A stretch of DNA of 64,000 nt from contig CAWFXL010000001.1 of the NCBI GenBank assembly GCA_963819815.1, positions 1,440,001 to 1,504,000 of the forward strand, written 5' to 3'. The notes under the pieces are model-generated. The model worked only from the letters and a program-made list of their open reading frames with translations, had not been told where the DNA came from and ran no database searches. The position numbers were made by a program, and so were the translations under genes. Positions 59,979-64,000 of the stretch are shown here, piece after piece (within the stretch, counting starts at the first letter, position 1; every line of letters begins with the position of its first letter). This DNA comes from an uncultured bacterium. GTDB lineage: Bacteria > Babelota > Babeliae > Babelales > Babelaceae.

Positions 59979-60076
59979 GGCTAATCTCTCTTTGGTAGAC
60001 TCAATAGCACGTTGATCTGTTGTTCTTTAACGTATCCAACTATTGAGGCGCTGTCAAAGCTCTCGAAGGAGAAAAT

Positions 60077-61375
60077 ATGCATATCGTGAGTGTTATTAGT
60101 ATAGTACTCAATCTGAGCGCTTGTATGCTGCATGGCATGGTGATGGCAAGTCAGTCGTCCGAGCATATAAAGAAGGTACATGCCCGTATACTCGATCTTA
60201 ATGAGAGAGGCCTTCTCGATGGGGAAGTGCTAATTACCCAAGGAGATAGTATTCTTATCCATGAGAAGAGCGGCTACGTGAGCGCTTACTCTGAACCCCA
60301 ATTCATGATAGCGTCTTGCTCTAAGCAGTTTACAGCGGCAGCCTTATTAAAAGTATTGTCCGACCAAAAACCAGGTGACGAACAGGTACAGTATGTGTAT
60401 GTGCTTAAGCAGCTTCACCGGCCTCTCATTGAATTTTTAACGCCGGAGGTGTTTGCTTGGGGCGATACGATCCCTCCATGGGCATATGAGATAACTCTCT
60501 ATCATTTGTTAACGCATACATCAGGCATGATACAGCACATACGGTTTCTTTTTGCTAGTGGTGGTTGGGCTGCGGTTACCGCATTTATCAATAAGGGCTA
60601 TGGAGCTGAATATGTTATACAGCGCTGGGGTCATGAGCCTGTAGAGTTTCCTGCTGGATCGGCATACTCCTATTCAAACTTGGGATATGAACTCCTTGCA
60701 AAGGTAGTATCTGTACTAGCTGGGATGCCCTTTGGGGAGTATCTTCGTATCAGCTTCTTTGAGCCTCTTTCAATGCATTCGACCTATCAGCCTACGTCGG
60801 GTACTTCGAAGGAGCTGGTTACATTGCCCCATTTTAAGAATTTAGTGAAGGAGCTGCTCTATGATGGGCAGGAGGTATATGATCCAAAGGAAGAAATGCT
60901 TTGGAGTATGGGATACGCCCAGGGATCGGGAGGAATTGTCTCAACTGCTAGAGATTTATTGCAGTGGAATAGCGCTTTGCATAAAGAAAAGCGTGTATTG
61001 CCGCATTTGCTCTATGATCTATATATAACTCCCCATAAAAACAATCATGGATTGGGCATATTACATAAATCGGGTGCATTGTACTATAATGGAAAGCTTG
61101 GCTCACACACATCTATTCTTATGTATCTTCCGCAACTTGATCTTTCCGTAATTGGGCTATGGAATATTGATCAGGATGAGGCCCGATGGATTCAGAGGGT
61201 GCAGATCATTGATTTGGAATTACTGCAAAGCATACCAGATGCAAAAATGCGCGATGCCGAAATTCTGAAGCTTATTGGTGAAAGGTTTCCTCAAATGGAA
61301 CGTGGTACCGGGGCCCTGATGAGATTTCTCATAGATGAGTTTGAGGAACTGGCGACTCAGAGTGCGACCCCTTGA
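60077..61375 (+). CDS. Serine hydrolase, beta-lactamase class C/AmpC-like family
   Basis: IASCSKQFTA (SxxK), LLTHTSG and YSYSN; signal peptide. Confidence 0.88.
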   Translation: MHIVSVISIVLNLSACMLHGMVMASQSSEHIKKVHARILDLNERGLLDGEVLITQGDSILIHEKSGYVSAYSEPQFMIASCSKQFTAAALLKVLSDQKPGDEQVQYVYVLKQLHRPLIEFLTPEVFAWGDTIPPWAYEITLYHLLTHTSGMIQHIRFLFASGGWAAVTAFINKGYGAEYVIQRWGHEPVEFPAGSAYSYSNLGYELLAKVVSVLAGMPFGEYLRISFFEPLSMHSTYQPTSGTSKELVTLPHFKNLVKELLYDGQEVYDPKEEMLWSMGYAQGSGGIVSTARDLLQWNSALHKEKRVLPHLLYDLYITPHKNNHGLGILHKSGALYYNGKLGSHTSILMYLPQLDLSVIGLWNIDQDEARWIQRVQIIDLELLQSIPDAKMRDAEILKLIGERFPQMERGTGALMRFLIDEFEELATQSATP

Positions 61376-61405
61376 GATTAAATTGAGAAATTAATATATA
61401 AACTA

Positions 61406-61435
61406 TTGACAATGTGAAAAGATTTTAGGTATGAT
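61406..61435 (+). promoter_or_regulatory. Putative sigma70 promoter of the small-protein operon
   Basis: TTGACA-N18-TATGAT in an AT-rich context. Confidence 0.55.
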
Positions 61436-61481
61436 CACATATGATAACTATATATTAATTTCAAACTAATGGAGGTTCGCC

Positions 61482-61640
61482 ATGGCGGATTACAAAAAAC
61501 AAGGATCAATGGATTGTACATGTGGTGATAAACCAATGCATAAACATGAAGCAAAACCTGAACAGCGTCGTGAGACAGAGCAATCTAAAGATAAAAAAGA
61601 AGTGAAGCCTCAAGGTAAACGTGGCGAAGAAAACCAGTAA
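61482..61640 (+). CDS. 52-aa hydrophilic protein (missing from the ORF track)
   Basis: GGAGG RBS; MADYKKQGSMDCTCGDKPMHKHEAKPEQRRETEQSKDKKEVKPQGKRGEENQ*. Confidence 0.7.
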   Translation: MADYKKQGSMDCTCGDKPMHKHEAKPEQRRETEQSKDKKEVKPQGKRGEENQ

Positions 61641-61671
61641 TCTTGATCTTCATAAAAAAAGGAGTTTCGTT

Positions 61672-61824
61672 ATGAATAAGAAAGACGAAAAAAAGAAAGT
61701 TCACGTAGTTGAACAGCATAAACCTTGGGAACTAGAAGTTGAAACTGAAGGTCTTGATGAGCTTCAGGGAGAACGTCTTGAGCCTAAACGAGGTTCGTCT
61801 AAGCGTAAACACGAAGAAGACTAA
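61672..61824 (+). CDS. 50-aa highly charged protein
   Basis: AAGGAG RBS; MNKKDEKKK...KRKHEED*. Confidence 0.65.
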   Translation: MNKKDEKKKVHVVEQHKPWELEVETEGLDELQGERLEPKRGSSKRKHEED

Positions 61825-61846
61825 GTGTCTAAACCGGAGATACGTA

Positions 61847-62029
61847 ATGGATGAAAAACGAACTCATCTTATCCCTCCTTCAGCAGAAGAGCCCACCAAC
61901 GGTGATAGTCTCGATGTTGAATGGGGAGAAAACCATCAAGAGCGCATCCTTGAAAATGCAGCTCGGAGTGAATCTGAGCGGCACGATTGTAAAGGACGAA
62001 AATGCGAAACCGCATTTGATAAGCTCTAA
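61847..62029 (+). CDS. 60-aa acidic hydrophilic protein
   Basis: GGAG RBS; MDEKRTHLIPP...CKGRKCETAFDKL*. Confidence 0.6.
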   Translation: MDEKRTHLIPPSAEEPTNGDSLDVEWGENHQERILENAARSESERHDCKGRKCETAFDKL

Positions 62030-62070
62030 AAATTGGTCTACCCTAGGCTCAAAGCTTAGGGTAGATTTTT

Positions 62071-62895
62071 TTGGGAGTTGGTGTGCGTGGAGTTGGCTTA
62101 CATCTCAGATCATCGGGTGAGTTTTCCTCAATAATCGATACGGCATCAGCTCTTTCTATACCCCTTTTCCAAGCATTCTTTAAAAATGAAACAGGTACTT
62201 CACTTGTTTTGACCCCTGAACTTATAGCTCACTATGAGCTCTCAAAATCTAAGTTTACCCATCGTATTGCACATGCTTCCTATTCTATTAATTTGGCTCA
62301 TCCCACAATTCATTATCATAGATCGTTTAAGAAAGAGCTCTATTATGCCCAAAAATTACATTTTAGCCATATGCTTTTCCACCCAGGAGCGGTGACCACT
62401 GGGCTTTCTCGTCAGCAAGCTCTTGATACTATAGTTACTCAGTTAAACTATCTTACCAAGCATGAGCGTGACCTTGAGTTCATTCTTGAGAATAGTGCTC
62501 ATGGTAAGCGCTCTCTTGGAGGCGATATTGAAGAGCTTGCTTATGTTCAAGCACGACTTGCCATTCCTGAGAAAGTAAGCTTTTGTATTGACACAGCACA
62601 TGCCTATGTGTTTGGCTATGATATCCATGAAGAGAGTGACTCATGGATTGAGATGGTAAGCAATCGACTAACTCCTGAAGCAATTTCGGTGCTTCATATA
62701 AATGATACTCAAGCTTCCCTTGGATCATTTGATGATAGGCACTGTGCTCCAGGAAGAGGAAATATTGGCATGGCCGCATTAAAAAATATTATGTGCCATC
62801 CTCATATGAAAGCAAAGCCGCTCATTATTGAGTTACCCGAGGTAACTAAGACGGTGCAAAAAGAAGTACTTCAGGAAGTGAGATCCTGGGAATAA
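62071..62895 (+). CDS. nfo: Endonuclease IV
   Basis: Metal ligands present: HASY.INL, FHPG, LEN, DTAH, LHIND, DRH and IIE. Confidence 0.9.
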   Translation: MGVGVRGVGLHLRSSGEFSSIIDTASALSIPLFQAFFKNETGTSLVLTPELIAHYELSKSKFTHRIAHASYSINLAHPTIHYHRSFKKELYYAQKLHFSHMLFHPGAVTTGLSRQQALDTIVTQLNYLTKHERDLEFILENSAHGKRSLGGDIEELAYVQARLAIPEKVSFCIDTAHAYVFGYDIHEESDSWIEMVSNRLTPEAISVLHINDTQASLGSFDDRHCAPGRGNIGMAALKNIMCHPHMKAKPLIIELPEVTKTVQKEVLQEVRSWE

Positions 62896-62904
62896 GGAGA
62901 GAAT

Positions 62905-63909
62905 ATGCGTATTGCAGTGAATGGCTTTGGGCGAATCGGTAAAACTTTTGTGCGTGCATTTCTAGCCGATTCTCAGGTAGGTCATGAGCTTGTTGCTATC
63001 AATGTGGGAAAAGCAGATAAAGAACTTGCAGCACTTGCTTTCAAATATGATACCCTACTTGGCACCTATCCGGGTACTGTCGAATATAAAGATAACACAC
63101 TTATTATTGATGGTTCAAAAAAGATAGCTCTTATGAGTGAACTTGAACCTGAAAAGGCTCCCTGGAAGGCACTGGCAATAGATTGGGTTGTGGAAGCAAC
63201 GGGCCATTTTACGACACGTGAGGGTGCTCAGAAGCATATTCTTGCAGGAGCAAAGCGGGTACTTATCTCCGCTCCAGCTCATGGTGATGATGTGACAATT
63301 ATCCTTGGAGTGAACCAAGAGATGTATCATCCTTCTCACACGATTGTTTCTTTAGGAAGTTGTACAACCAATGCTGTATATCCGATGCTCAAGGTATTAA
63401 AGGATTCTTTTGGCATCGAGTATGCCTTTATGTCTACCGTGCATGCCTATACTAACACGCAAGCGCTTCTTGATGTTGATCCACAAAAAAAAGATCCACG
63501 CAGAAGCAGAGCCGCAGCGCTTAACATAGTACCTTCATCTACCGGGGCGATGGAAGTAGTAAGCAAAGTAATGCCCGATTTAGTGGGTAAACTTTCAGGT
63601 TCTTCATTGCGTGTACCTGTGGGCAAAGTGTCGATCATTGACCTTACCTTGCACCTCAGTCGTCCAGCATCAGTGCAAGAAGTGAATCTTGCTTTTGAAC
63701 AAGCTGCTAAGGGAGATCTTTCACGTATTGTCGGATACTCTCAGGAGCCTCTTGTCTCATCAGATTATGCTGGAAATGGCCATTCAGTATCTATCGATAG
63801 TTTGCTGACCCAATCTATGGGATCAATGGTAAAAGTGTTTGGATGGTATGATAATGAATGGGGTTACAGCTGTCGCTTGAGAGATTTCTTGACTAACATT
63901 GCCTCATAA
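62905..63909 (+). CDS. gap: Glyceraldehyde-3-phosphate dehydrogenase, type I
   Basis: NGFGRIG, SCTTN, NIVPSSTGA and WYDNEWGY. Confidence 0.96.
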   Translation: MRIAVNGFGRIGKTFVRAFLADSQVGHELVAINVGKADKELAALAFKYDTLLGTYPGTVEYKDNTLIIDGSKKIALMSELEPEKAPWKALAIDWVVEATGHFTTREGAQKHILAGAKRVLISAPAHGDDVTIILGVNQEMYHPSHTIVSLGSCTTNAVYPMLKVLKDSFGIEYAFMSTVHAYTNTQALLDVDPQKKDPRRSRAAALNIVPSSTGAMEVVSKVMPDLVGKLSGSSLRVPVGKVSIIDLTLHLSRPASVQEVNLAFEQAAKGDLSRIVGYSQEPLVSSDYAGNGHSVSIDSLLTQSMGSMVKVFGWYDNEWGYSCRLRDFLTNIAS

Positions 63910-64000
63910 ACATACCCCAATTTACACCATGTTGTTCTCTATCTCTCTTAATTATTCAGGCGTATACTACCAAGTAGCATGGTAAGCGGCGACTCGAAAC

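Overview
Bacterial chromosomal segment. The gene mix and the many Sec-signal, eukaryote-like proteins point to an intracellular parasite of protists, most likely Ca. Dependentiae/Babelota (TM6); this is an inference, not a database result. Housekeeping genes include atpB/atpE, rbfA, rpsU, gltX, metG, topA, rsmG, gatC/gatA, mreC, sppA, three tRNAs, rpmE, prfA, nupC, sbcC, nfo and gap. They are interleaved with putative host-interaction genes. Main highlights: (1) a 7-kb array of 12 intact paralogs plus 2 remnants, encoding signal-peptide proteins with a Gly-rich hydrophobic hairpin and a hypervariable loop; (2) directly after it, a signal-peptide AAA+ ATPase that resembles mitochondrial ATAD3 along most of its length; (3) an F0 c-subunit made of four fused hairpins with E/Q/E/D at the ion-binding position; (4) two secreted RING-H2 proteins whose RING is split by a ~190-aa helical insertion; (5) three enzyme folds (FolC, AcyP, HPS) lacking canonical catalytic residues, one with an AT-hook-like insert; (6) orphan palindromic operator arrays; (7) an operon of three tiny hydrophilic proteins. 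No CRISPR array, integrase or transposase was recognised. All family calls come from motif recognition by eye, with no searches run.
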